Shown piece by piece: positions 37,484-46,788 of a DNA stretch of 64,000 bases (position 1 is the stretch's first letter; each line of letters opens with the position of its first letter). The stretch is from positions 12,792-76,791 of the forward strand of contig CAKOMD010000004.1 of the NCBI GenBank assembly GCA_934096555.1, in the 5' to 3' direction. The stretch is from an uncultured Bacilli bacterium (GTDB taxonomy: Bacteria > Bacillota_I > Bacilli_A > RF39 > UBA660). The notes below the pieces were generated by a model. It did not search any database. It had not been told where the DNA came from and worked only from the letters and a program-made list of their open reading frames with translations. The position numbers and the translations under genes are program-made.

Positions 37484-38818
37484 TTAACTTATATTTTGAT
37501 CACTATTTATACTTGCTACATTTATACTTGTTGGTGCACTAGGTGCTGAAGCATAAATATTTGGTATATTATTAGGAGGAGTTACCACATTACTAGTATT
37601 CATGGTACTTACCATATTATTATTTGGCGTACTTGTTACTGGATTATTGATAGCTGGAGTATTATAAATTGTATTTTGTACTCCAGTATATAGACTATGG
37701 TCTACTACGAACTCTCCTACCTTATCTTTATTTATTATATCATTATTTTCGCTACTAGTAAACTCTTCTTTTACTAAAATATCTGGAGGCATTATTACCC
37801 CTTGACTTTCTAGATATGAAAGTAAGTATTTGGACGGATTAGCAGTTGTTTCTTTTCCATCTGGAGTCTTTTTATATAGTATTTTATATTCTGCCTTATT
37901 ATCGTCTGTAACATAGAATTCTACTACCTCTGATACTTCTCTATGAAAGGCATTATATTTAGTACTATAATATCCTTTTATGTGTACTCCTAATTGTACA
38001 TATCTATGAATTGTTTTTAAAAACTGATCTATATCTTGGCTTGTTTCTAGTAGGCTATACATTCTACTTGGAATTGATTCTGCTTTATCAGCATGAATTG
38101 TTGATAAAATATTATGTCCAGAAGATATTGAGTTTCTAACAGCCATTACTGCTTCAGCACTTCTTACTTCGGATAGTAATATCCATCTTGGGTTCTGTCT
38201 CATACAAGTAACTAATACATCTGAATATGATGCTATATTATTTGTTTTCATGGCAACAATATCTCTATGTGGAAATATTTTATCTAAGTGTAACTCTAAT
38301 GTATCTTCGATTGTTATTATCTTTTCATTTTCTTTGGTATGGGCTGCTAGATATTTTATGAACTCTGTTTTACCACTACCAGTTTCACCACTTACCATAA
38401 TGTTACAATGTCCTTCAACGCATTTAAGTAGAAAATCATGAATATTTAGTCTTATGTAATCTTCTGCGATTATTTTATCTTTTTGTAATCTTATTTTAGC
38501 AGGTGTCTTTCTTATTAATACTGCTATACCATTTCTAGCTATGGAATCATGTACAAAGTTCATTCTTAACTCTGCTGATTCGGCATCAAGAAAGGGATTA
38601 GCCATATTAAACGACTTGCCCATTGAATTAGCACACTGAAAGGCTATTTTTTCCATTAGAGCATTATCTATTCCAGTATTTTCTACTCTATATACGCCTT
38701 TAGATAATGACTTTAGCCATACTTGACCACCATTATCGTAAGATATATCGGTTATATCGTCATTATCAAGAAATTGTTTTAATGGACCAAAATCTATTTG
38801 ATTAAATTGATTGTCCAT
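37484..38818 (-). CDS. CpaF/TadA-type secretion ATPase with an N/T/P-rich C-terminal tail
   Basis: Walker A SGETGSGKT, ITIEDTLEL, Walker B ILLSEVRSAEA, His box GHNILSTIHA. The last 90 aa or so are low complexity. Confidence 0.85.
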   Translation of the reverse strand: MDNQFNQIDFGPLKQFLDNDDITDISYDNGGQVWLKSLSKGVYRVENTGIDNALMEKIAFQCANSMGKSFNMANPFLDAESAELRMNFVHDSIARNGIAVLIRKTPAKIRLQKDKIIAEDYIRLNIHDFLLKCVEGHCNIMVSGETGSGKTEFIKYLAAHTKENEKIITIEDTLELHLDKIFPHRDIVAMKTNNIASYSDVLVTCMRQNPRWILLSEVRSAEAVMAVRNSISSGHNILSTIHADKAESIPSRMYSLLETSQDIDQFLKTIHRYVQLGVHIKGYYSTKYNAFHREVSEVVEFYVTDDNKAEYKILYKKTPDGKETTANPSKYLLSYLESQGVIMPPDILVKEEFTSSENNDIINKDKVGEFVVDHSLYTGVQNTIYNTPAINNPVTSTPNNNMVSTMNTSNVVTPPNNIPNIYASAPSAPTSINVASINSDQNIS

Positions 38819-38832
38819 GCTACACCTCCTTA

Positions 38833-39669
38833 TTAGTTATTGTTTGTATTAGTTGTATCTTCAGTTACATTATCACTTACTTGTGGTAAATCGTCTACTG
38901 ATACAAATGCTGTTTTAGAATTTATGAATTCTTCTATTTGAAGACTGCTTACTGTTACTTTTTGGTCTTCAGATAATGTTGCAGTATTTGGTATTAATAA
39001 TAATTCTACATCATAGTCTGTTAGATATAATGCTTTTCTTAATAATAGGTGTGTTTCTTCTGGTACTGCAAATAGCATATATGCAGGAGTTCTAGCTTCA
39101 TCACTATTTTCAAATACATGTCTACCTGATGAATCTTTAACATCTAGTACTTCAATATTACTGATGAATTTACCAAACATTACTTCTCCATCGTCATTTA
39201 ATGATTTGTAATAGATATTGATATGACTACCTGGAGCCATTGAGTTAGCGTATGTAGTTGCTATTGTTACTGGATAGTTTATTACAGTATATCCTTCTGG
39301 TACTCCTGAAAAAGCTGAATCCGGTAAGTCTTTTTCGTCTACCACTAAATCTGTATAGAATAAACTTCCTTTAGCTATCATAGTATTATAATTAGAATAT
39401 TTTCCTACGATACTTTTGGCTGTGGTATAGTACTTACTAGTATTAAGTAGTTCTATAGGAACATTTCTAATCTCTATCATATCGTCTGTTATGTATGTTC
39501 TTGGTTGTATTGTTTGTTTAGCAACAGGTACTGCTACTAATTCTGTTTTAGAATTTATTCTATAATTATAACCAATATATAATATTACTAAACATAATAT
39601 TACCCCTAGTATGGTAACGGTATTTTTGTTACCAAAAAATTTTTTCATTGATGCTTTTAAATTATTCAT
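38833..39669 (-). CDS. CpaB/RcpC-like Flp pilus assembly protein
   Basis: N-terminal TM helix, then a SAF-like segment VAVPVAKQTIQPRTYITDDMIEIRNVP...GKYSNYNTMIAKGSLF. Confidence 0.6.
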   Translation of the reverse strand: MNNLKASMKKFFGNKNTVTILGVILCLVILYIGYNYRINSKTELVAVPVAKQTIQPRTYITDDMIEIRNVPIELLNTSKYYTTAKSIVGKYSNYNTMIAKGSLFYTDLVVDEKDLPDSAFSGVPEGYTVINYPVTIATTYANSMAPGSHINIYYKSLNDDGEVMFGKFISNIEVLDVKDSSGRHVFENSDEARTPAYMLFAVPEETHLLLRKALYLTDYDVELLLIPNTATLSEDQKVTVSSLQIEEFINSKTAFVSVDDLPQVSDNVTEDTTNTNNN

Positions 39670-39701
39670 ATTATTTTCCTCCTTTATTTAAATAATTTTT
39701 T

Positions 39702-40592
39702 TTATTTTGCATACTCATATTCATTATAATTCCATGTTATTTCTAATTTTAACACTGTTGTTCCTGGACTTCCTGTTCCTGTCCATTCTATCCAATATTT
39801 TGATTCTTCACATTCTTCAGTAGTTAAACACATTCTTCCTTTTATGCTAGTTACTGTAATATTTTTTTGGATGTTATTTATATTCGTAATATTATTACTA
39901 GCATCAAAGTTAGTTTGTTCATTGCTACTTCTAGTCCAATCTATATCTCTATTTAATAGAGCATATAATAGTTCTCCTTCTTCTGTTACATTTCCTTTGC
40001 TTGAAGCCTTGGATATTTTAACATCATAAACGTTGCTATGATTTAGTTCATCGGGTAAATTGATTGGCTCTTTTACTGAATAGTTACCAGAACTACTATA
40101 AGGTATTGAGTAATAAATCTTGGTAAAGGCTTTATTTATTAATGGTGTTCCATTTACATAACTTTCACCACTTTTAGATCCATCTTTACCATAATATTCT
40201 AATATTGCACTTAAAGTATTAGCAACATGATAATCGGATGTATCTTGATAAATCGTGTACTCTCCTATTCCAGTATTTATTGACACTGTTACCTTAGGTG
40301 GTTCTTCCATAATATCAAAATAATTTATTGTATAATTGCTACCTGCAAATACTGTTGATTCTGCAAATCTTCTAGTAAAGCTTTCTACAAATTTATCTTT
40401 AATTATTTTTAATTCTCCAGTTTCTCTATAATAATCCATATTGATGGCATCAATCATTGAGGCTTCAGTTACTTCCTTAAGTAGGTAATAATCATTTTCG
40501 TTATTTGTAGTTATATTTTGAAATAATATTATGATGGTTAAGCCAACTAATCCAAATACTATTAATCCAACACTAGTAAATGACCATTTCAT
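39702..40592 (-). CDS. N-terminally anchored extracytoplasmic protein (pilus-associated?)
   Basis: MKWSFTSVGLIVFGLVGLTIIILF anchor. 4-nt overlap with the upstream gene. Confidence 0.5.
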   Translation of the reverse strand: MKWSFTSVGLIVFGLVGLTIIILFQNITTNNENDYYLLKEVTEASMIDAINMDYYRETGELKIIKDKFVESFTRRFAESTVFAGSNYTINYFDIMEEPPKVTVSINTGIGEYTIYQDTSDYHVANTLSAILEYYGKDGSKSGESYVNGTPLINKAFTKIYYSIPYSSSGNYSVKEPINLPDELNHSNVYDVKISKASSKGNVTEEGELLYALLNRDIDWTRSSNEQTNFDASNNITNINNIQKNITVTSIKGRMCLTTEECEESKYWIEWTGTGSPGTTVLKLEITWNYNEYEYAK

Positions 40593-42682
40593 GAATTACC
40601 ACCTTCTTTGATATAATTTCTAAAGAAATCTTTATCCACTTCATTAAAGTAACTATGATTTTTATTATATTCTTTTATCTCACTTATTGTTTTATTATCT
40701 AGTTCAGTATAGTATTCTAGCTTTTTATATGAATCTTCAAGTGTCTTTTTATCTTTATTTCCTTCAGTTATATACCAGGTATACCAATTAACTCCTGGGA
40801 ATCTACTAGGAAATGGATTATTTAAATTTATTGGTCTATATGTAAATTTATATCTTACTTTACCATTTTCTTTTTCACCACTTGATGGTTCATATATTCT
40901 GTTAGTTACTTTTAATAAACAGCTTGTATCAATAGTCCAAGTGCCAAACCATGCTTTATTTTTGTTTGTTGAATCTTTTTTTGCCTGCGTCTCAGATAAT
41001 CTACTTAAGTTTTCTAATGTTACGTTTATGTTATACTTTTGTATATCTAATGGTATATAATATTTATTATTAATATTAGCATTATCATTAGATTCTGAAT
41101 AACTCACTTTACCAGTTAGTTCTTTTAGATATGATTCTGGTAAAAAGAATGTACATGTTGTTATTAATTTATTGGCAGTAGTAAATGCTCCTGACTGAGT
41201 ACATTTTTTAACAAGCCTTGAACTATCTAATCCAGTTATTGTTAATGTTATATTTTCTTCAAAGTCTGATAATGATTTTAATTTGTTTTGCATTGCTTCA
41301 TCAATATCTTTTCTTTGAGCAGTAGTCAGTACTTTGTTAGTAGCATAATTCCAGCTAACTTCATTATAGTAGGTGATTCCATATTTTAGCCAGCCGCCAT
41401 TATAACTATTGGCATTATAATTTTTATCTTCGTTTACCAAATTGGATTTAAATACATTTGATATATATCCTTTTTGTTCTATCTTTACTACTGCGCTAGT
41501 TCCATTGTTTCTTACTGTTAGCTCATTACAAGTTGACGACAAATTAGTCCAACTATTGCAACTCATTGTCTTGTTAGATGCCGGCTCTGATACAGCACAT
41601 TTTTTATCATTCTTTACATTAATTTTAAATGATGTGTTACCTGTAGGTATTACCCAAGAAGACCATGCAACTTTTGGAGAACTTGAACCTGGTGGGCAAA
41701 TTTCTCTGGTACCATCACTACCACTTATACCAGCAGTTCCTATCAAGAATCTTCCAGGGCCATATGTGTTATTGGGAAAACTGTTTTTTTGCGCTTCTAA
41801 ATAACCATTTTGAAATCCGATGCTATTGCTTTTTGATACTATGCTATAAGTGGAGCCTACTGCTCCTATACATTCTTTTATTTCTTTACCATTTTCTGTT
41901 TCTAGATTTTCATTGCTTATCCAAGCAGTTGTTGCTATAAACTTTACTGTTTTTGAAAAACTTGTTTTATCTATTTGAATATAATCATTTCCACTATTAC
42001 CTTTAAGCAAACCTTTTCTTATAAACAATGATTCATATGCAGCTGTCCTGTTTCCAGTCTTTTTTTGATAATCTGTATTTGTAGCGGCTATTTCAAAATA
42101 GACATCACTTTCTTCAGGGACATTAAGCCATTCTCCTTGACGAACGTTAAAGCTTATATCAAATCCTAAATCCTCATAGTAACAGTTACTACCATCTTTA
42201 TTAGTATTACATTTGTTATCCCAAACTAATCCTACCGGAAATGTATATGTTGTTTCATTATATAATGTTTTGGCTTCATCTTTACTATTTAAATTGTAAT
42301 ACATTTGCTGATAAAAATTATATTTTTTCCCATTTACATTTTTTTGACCTTCAATCTCTTTTGTCTCTATTATGGTCTTTCTACCATTTTTCAAATAATA
42401 AGCTCTAATAAATATTCTTTGACCACCATTTGTAGATGTACTATTATCTGAAAATGTTACATTAAGTATTTTATCAGTTTCATTACCATTACTATCCATT
42501 TTATTAACTGTTACAAAGTTGTGAGTTTGATGTAAGAAAGCCCATCCTTTAAAATTAATTGTACCATCTGGGGTTATTTTAAGATCGGTTACATCATATC
42601 TTAATTCTCCTACTACTGCATTTACTTTTCCTATCATTAATACGAACAATATGATAGCTACAAAGATGTATCTTTTTCTCAT
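40589..42682 (-). CDS. Large secreted Cys-containing protein (697 aa)
   Basis: Signal peptide MRKRYIFVAIILFVLMIGKVNA. At least 14 Cys residues. No recognisable domain. 4-nt overlaps on both sides. Confidence 0.6.
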   Translation of the reverse strand: MRKRYIFVAIILFVLMIGKVNAVVGELRYDVTDLKITPDGTINFKGWAFLHQTHNFVTVNKMDSNGNETDKILNVTFSDNSTSTNGGQRIFIRAYYLKNGRKTIIETKEIEGQKNVNGKKYNFYQQMYYNLNSKDEAKTLYNETTYTFPVGLVWDNKCNTNKDGSNCYYEDLGFDISFNVRQGEWLNVPEESDVYFEIAATNTDYQKKTGNRTAAYESLFIRKGLLKGNSGNDYIQIDKTSFSKTVKFIATTAWISNENLETENGKEIKECIGAVGSTYSIVSKSNSIGFQNGYLEAQKNSFPNNTYGPGRFLIGTAGISGSDGTREICPPGSSSPKVAWSSWVIPTGNTSFKINVKNDKKCAVSEPASNKTMSCNSWTNLSSTCNELTVRNNGTSAVVKIEQKGYISNVFKSNLVNEDKNYNANSYNGGWLKYGITYYNEVSWNYATNKVLTTAQRKDIDEAMQNKLKSLSDFEENITLTITGLDSSRLVKKCTQSGAFTTANKLITTCTFFLPESYLKELTGKVSYSESNDNANINNKYYIPLDIQKYNINVTLENLSRLSETQAKKDSTNKNKAWFGTWTIDTSCLLKVTNRIYEPSSGEKENGKVRYKFTYRPINLNNPFPSRFPGVNWYTWYITEGNKDKKTLEDSYKKLEYYTELDNKTISEIKEYNKNHSYFNEVDKDFFRNYIKEGGNS

Positions 42683-43368
42683 TCTAATACACCTCTTTTC
42701 TTTCTCTTATTAACAATAATTATAATTATCAATATTATTAATACTACTGCTAAAACGGATACTATATACAGTTGATATTTAGTTATAAGTGATATAGCTT
42801 TGTCTAATATTTCTGTAAAATAATTACCTTTTTTTGGAGTATTATCTTCTGGCTTTATATCTTTTGCTTTTTTATATTCTTCTAGTTTTTTTACAAATGT
42901 TTCATAACTTGGCTGATATTCTAAGTATTTTGAACATAACGGAAATTCGTCGGTATTTATTCCTTCACACAATGGATCTAAAGAATATGAATTAAACTTT
43001 GGTAATTTAACACTTATATCCCCTATCTTTTCCTGGCAACTATTTGAATATATTGAAAATCTATATTTACCAGTAGCAATTTTATTTATAATTATTTTAT
43101 TATCATTTACTTCTTTCCACTCTTCATTATAATCATCTATTCTAATATACATATCAGTACTGATATTACTAAATGTTAAATCAAACATATAGTCTACAAT
43201 TACACCATCATCATTAGCATTGCTTCCTAAATGCTTATATGTGACTTTTACTTTATTTGCTTCCTCTTTTAATGTGTCAAGTTCTTCTTTGGTACAAGAT
43301 GCTGATACTGATAAAGTACTTAATAAAAGCATTAAAAATGTAAATATTATATAACTTATTTTTTTCAT
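42679..43368 (-). CDS. Secreted protein with a C-terminal TM anchor (229 aa); first gene of the block
   Basis: Signal peptide ending SVSA-SC. C-terminal LYIVSVLAVVLIILIIIIIV followed by NKRKKRG. Confidence 0.6.
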   Translation of the reverse strand: MKKISYIIFTFLMLLLSTLSVSASCTKEELDTLKEEANKVKVTYKHLGSNANDDGVIVDYMFDLTFSNISTDMYIRIDDYNEEWKEVNDNKIIINKIATGKYRFSIYSNSCQEKIGDISVKLPKFNSYSLDPLCEGINTDEFPLCSKYLEYQPSYETFVKKLEEYKKAKDIKPEDNTPKKGNYFTEILDKAISLITKYQLYIVSVLAVVLIILIIIIIVNKRKKRGVLE

Positions 43369-43489
43369 ATTTAATGCTCCCTTCTCACTACTCTACTATA
43401 TATATAATAATATCATTTTTTGAATTAAAAAAAAAGTAGTTTTTGCTTTTTTTTATAAAAAGTGATATTATTATATTGGTGATTATAAA

Positions 43490-43930
43490 ATGAAAAAGAA
43501 AAATTATTTAATTATTGGTGGCATTATACTAATAATGGCTATTATTGGATGTATTATTTGGTATAGCATACACATGGATAATAAAAACTTTATTAAGCTT
43601 AGTTATAATGACGTATTGGAAAAAGTGAATAATAATGAAAGCTTTATATTATGCGTATCCGCTAGTGAATGTGCTCATTGTAAGTCTTATAAACCTAAAT
43701 TAAAGAAAATATCTAATGATTATAATATTAAAATATATTATACTGATGTTGATAAATTTAGCGATGAAGACTATACCGAATTTAAAAATAAATTTAGTTT
43801 TGATGGTGGTACTCCTACAACTATATTCTTTAAAGATGGTGAAGAAAAAACTACTGCCACTAGAATTGAAGGAGATATATCAATAGAAAGAACTATAGAT
43901 AAATTTAAAAAGAATGGCTTTATTAAATAA
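43490..43930 (+). CDS. Membrane-anchored thioredoxin-fold protein with a CxxC motif
   Basis: N-terminal TM helix, then SASECAHCKSYKPKL and GTPTTIFFKDGE (cis-Pro loop). Divergent from the Tad/T4SS block. Confidence 0.7.
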   Translation: MKKKNYLIIGGIILIMAIIGCIIWYSIHMDNKNFIKLSYNDVLEKVNNNESFILCVSASECAHCKSYKPKLKKISNDYNIKIYYTDVDKFSDEDYTEFKNKFSFDGGTPTTIFFKDGEEKTTATRIEGDISIERTIDKFKKNGFIK

Positions 43931-43931
43931 G

Positions 43932-44441
43932 TCATTCTTTTTCTAAGTAATCTTCTCCTTTAAATGGATCACTTCTTAGTAAGTTATGAAACTTTTGCTG
44001 TCTTAAAGCTTCATAAGTTACTAATGCTACACAATTAGATAGATTCAAAGCTCTTATATTATCACTAGTTGGTATCCTATAACATCTATCTAAATTATTA
44101 TATAATATTTCTTTGGGGATGCCTGTGCTTTCTTTTCCAAAGATTAAATAGTAATTTTTATTCTTATCACTAAAATCTATTTCATCATATGCTTTTGTAC
44201 CATATCTAGTAAAATAATAGTATTCTCCTTCATTATTATTTTTAAAATCTTCATAGTCTAGGTATCTTCTATATTCTACTTTATCTATATAATTTACTCC
44301 ACTTCTTTTAATTCTTTTTTCATCTAGGACAAAACCTAATGGCTCTATTAAATGTAACTTACTATTGGTGCCTGCACAAGTTCGCATTATATTTCCAGTG
44401 TTTTCTGGTATTTCTGGTTCGTATAAAACTATATTAATCAT
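43932..44441 (-). CDS. trmL: tRNA (cytidine/uridine-2'-O-)-methyltransferase TrmL (SpoU family)
   Basis: INIVLYEPEIPENTGNIMRTCAGTNSKLHLIEPLGF and the C-terminal SLNLSN-type motif (ALNLSNCVALV). Confidence 0.8.
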   Translation of the reverse strand: MINIVLYEPEIPENTGNIMRTCAGTNSKLHLIEPLGFVLDEKRIKRSGVNYIDKVEYRRYLDYEDFKNNNEGEYYYFTRYGTKAYDEIDFSDKNKNYYLIFGKESTGIPKEILYNNLDRCYRIPTSDNIRALNLSNCVALVTYEALRQQKFHNLLRSDPFKGEDYLEKE

Positions 44442-44922
44442 TATTTATTATTCCTTCTTCTATTAAGTATTCTTTTAATAATTTTATATTATAATTATTC
44501 TTTTTTACATTAAAGTAACTTATTATTTCACCATTTTTGTATATAATTATAGCTGGATAACTAATAGTTTTATTTTCTATCTTAAGTTTGTTTGTATCTT
44601 TATCTGTTAAATCTAAATAAAGTATTGTATTGTTTAGTGAATAATCATTAACTAATAGTTTTAATTTTTTTTCAAATTCTCTTATTTCTTTATTATTTAA
44701 TTCTGAAACATAAATAACTGAATCTTTATTTTCTACAAGAAAGTTATCTAACTCATTATAATTAATTACTCGTAAATATTTATCCATTATTGGTGCTTTT
44801 AAATTATTTTCTTCATTACTACTATGCCAAATAAAGAAATATATTACCACTATTACTGTTAATATAAGAGTTATAGCAAGTAAAATATAGTTTTTAAATG
44901 GTATATTTCTATTTTTTTCCAT
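44434..44922 (-). CDS. Membrane-anchored thioredoxin-fold paralog lacking the CxxC motif
   Basis: ATG at 44922 with a GGAGG RBS. Same architecture as 43490-43930, but the motif position reads VSELNNKE. YPAIIIYKNGE is retained. Confidence 0.5.
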   Translation of the reverse strand: MEKNRNIPFKNYILLAITLILTVIVVIYFFIWHSSNEENNLKAPIMDKYLRVINYNELDNFLVENKDSVIYVSELNNKEIREFEKKLKLLVNDYSLNNTILYLDLTDKDTNKLKIENKTISYPAIIIYKNGEIISYFNVKKNNYNIKLLKEYLIEEGIINND

Positions 44923-45089
44923 AATTTGATACCTCCTTTTATATTGTAACAATTTATAATTGTTTTTTCAAGAAAATTATATGATTTTACATTTGTTTTA
45001 TACATTTATTATGTTGATAACACATAGTTAATTTTTAGTTTACTTTTACGATAATGAATGTTATAATATTGGTGTTTTTGAGGTGAACT

Positions 45090-45689
45090 ATGAAAGATAA
45101 TTATAGTGTTATGTGCGAAGAAATCTTAAATAATTTGGATGGTAAAAAAAAGCTTTTACTTCATAGCTGCTGCGGTCCATGTAGTAGTTATGTTATTAGT
45201 TATCTTACTAATTATTTTGATATTACTATCTTGTATTATAATCCTAATATATATCCTTATGAAGAATATTTAAAAAGAAAAGAAGAACAAATTAAGCTTA
45301 TTAAGGAAATTGATAAAACTAATAAAGTTGATATATTAGATTGTGATTATGATAATGATGCTTATGAAAAATTAATTAAAGGATTAGAAAAAGAACCTGA
45401 AAGAGGTAAAAGATGCCTAGTATGCTATAGGATGCGAATGGAAAAGACTGCTAAAATAGCTAAAGATAATAATTATGATTATTTTTGCACTACTTTATCT
45501 GTTAGCCCATATAAAAATTCTCTTTGGATCAATGAAATTGGTAAAGAACTTGAAGAAAAATATAAAGTTAAATGGCTATACTCTGACTTTAAGAAAAAAG
45601 ATGGCTATAAAAAATCCATCTTGTTATCACAAAAATATAATCTATATAGACAAAATTACTGTGGATGTATATATTCAAAACCACAGTAA
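45090..45689 (+). CDS. queH: Epoxyqueuosine reductase QueH
   Basis: LLLHSCCGPCSSYV, CLVCY and NYCGC Cys clusters characteristic of DUF208/QueH. Confidence 0.8.
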   Translation: MKDNYSVMCEEILNNLDGKKKLLLHSCCGPCSSYVISYLTNYFDITILYYNPNIYPYEEYLKRKEEQIKLIKEIDKTNKVDILDCDYDNDAYEKLIKGLEKEPERGKRCLVCYRMRMEKTAKIAKDNNYDYFCTTLSVSPYKNSLWINEIGKELEEKYKVKWLYSDFKKKDGYKKSILLSQKYNLYRQNYCGCIYSKPQ

Positions 45690-45694
45690 TTTTT

Positions 45695-46561
45695 TTATTT
45701 CATGTTTTTAATTAAGAAATATGCTACTACTACCACTGTTATTGCTAGCACTAGGCATATTGTTCCAATGATAATATATTTTGTATTGGCATTTCCAGCA
45801 CTACCTTTTCTAGCAACATTTGGTTGAAGATTTAATCCAGCATTATTTAAACTAGGATCTGAAACAACTGCTAGTTTTTCTGCTTGTGGATTAGGTTCAT
45901 TTATAGTAGAATTACTTGGCATTACTGGAATAGTATTTGGCACTGGTTGAGTTGGTGCTTGAGGTGATGTATTAAATATTTGTTCAGCAGAAACTTGACG
46001 ATTTGGAGTTATTGGTACGCTGGTAATAGGTGCTACTACTGGTTCAGCAGGGGCATTCGCTACAGGCTTAGTTACTTCCATTGTAGGAACTGACCAAGTT
46101 GGAATTGTTGGCGCTGGTTCTTCTACTTTGGTTACTAAATTTGCTTTAAAGAAATTTATTGCTTCCTCCACTAATAATTTGCTTGTTATTGCTATTGAGC
46201 AGTTACTATAATAGTTCTGTTCATTAAGCATTGGCATTTCTATTGATAACATAACTTTATTTTCATTAGTTAATTTATCAATCAATGATTTTGCTTCTAT
46301 TCCTTTTTTAGCTTCATTTGGTGTTAATATAACAATGTTATATACAACTCCACTTAATTTGTTTTTTTCTTCAGAAGTAATATCATCTATAAAATATCTT
46401 CCTTCTGAATTTAAAGTTAATCTTGAAACAAATACTTGTTTATTACTTTCATTCTCATCAGTACAATAAATTAAATAGTCTTTGTTTTCTAAATTAAATT
46501 TTACTATAATTTCTGCTTCTTTTTTTATGCCATTGGCATTAAGTATAAACTTATTATTCAT
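45695..46561 (-). CDS. C-terminally anchored protein: DUF1292-like N-domain, Pro/Thr/Val-rich linker, TM helix
   Basis: An N-terminal pattern GIKKEAEIIVKFNLENKDYLIYCTDE...VFVSRL, a proline-rich middle, and YIIIGTICLVLAITVVVVAYFLI at the end. Confidence 0.45.
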   Translation of the reverse strand: MNNKFILNANGIKKEAEIIVKFNLENKDYLIYCTDENESNKQVFVSRLTLNSEGRYFIDDITSEEKNKLSGVVYNIVILTPNEAKKGIEAKSLIDKLTNENKVMLSIEMPMLNEQNYYSNCSIAITSKLLVEEAINFFKANLVTKVEEPAPTIPTWSVPTMEVTKPVANAPAEPVVAPITSVPITPNRQVSAEQIFNTSPQAPTQPVPNTIPVMPSNSTINEPNPQAEKLAVVSDPSLNNAGLNLQPNVARKGSAGNANTKYIIIGTICLVLAITVVVVAYFLIKNMK

Positions 46562-46732
46562 AATTTTTCCTCCATTAAACTATTTTCTATTCTGCTGTAA
46601 GTATATCATATTTTTTTAATAGTTACAAGTATTAAAGAAAAAATATTTTTGCTTTTTGTATTTTTTTAAGTCTTGATGTATGGCTTATATATAATGATTT
46701 TATTTTAAAACTTTGAAAATGTTTAAAATAAC

Positions 46733-46755
46733 GCCTTAAGACATATGGCTTAAGG
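46733..46755. repeat. Hairpin repeat unit R3 (single hairpin)
   Basis: ccttaag-acatatgg-cttaagg, just downstream of the terminator of gene 46777-47406. Confidence 0.4.
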
Positions 46756-46758
46756 GGC

Positions 46759-46788
46759 AAAAAGAAAAAGAAGAAACTATTTTCTTCT
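46759..46788 (-). terminator. Intrinsic terminator with the stop codon in its loop
   Basis: The minus RNA reads AGAAGAAA-AUAG-UUUCUUCU followed by UUUUCUUUUU. Confidence 0.55.

Noticed and set aside
37484-38818. The ATPase and its neighbours as a SpoIIIA-type sporulation feeding-tube operon
   Set aside because: The gene content (CpaB-like SAF protein, two T2SS-F paralogs, Flp/TadE-like prepilins, TadZ-like protein) fits Tad rather than spoIIIAA-AH. The ATPase is also larger than SpoIIIAA.
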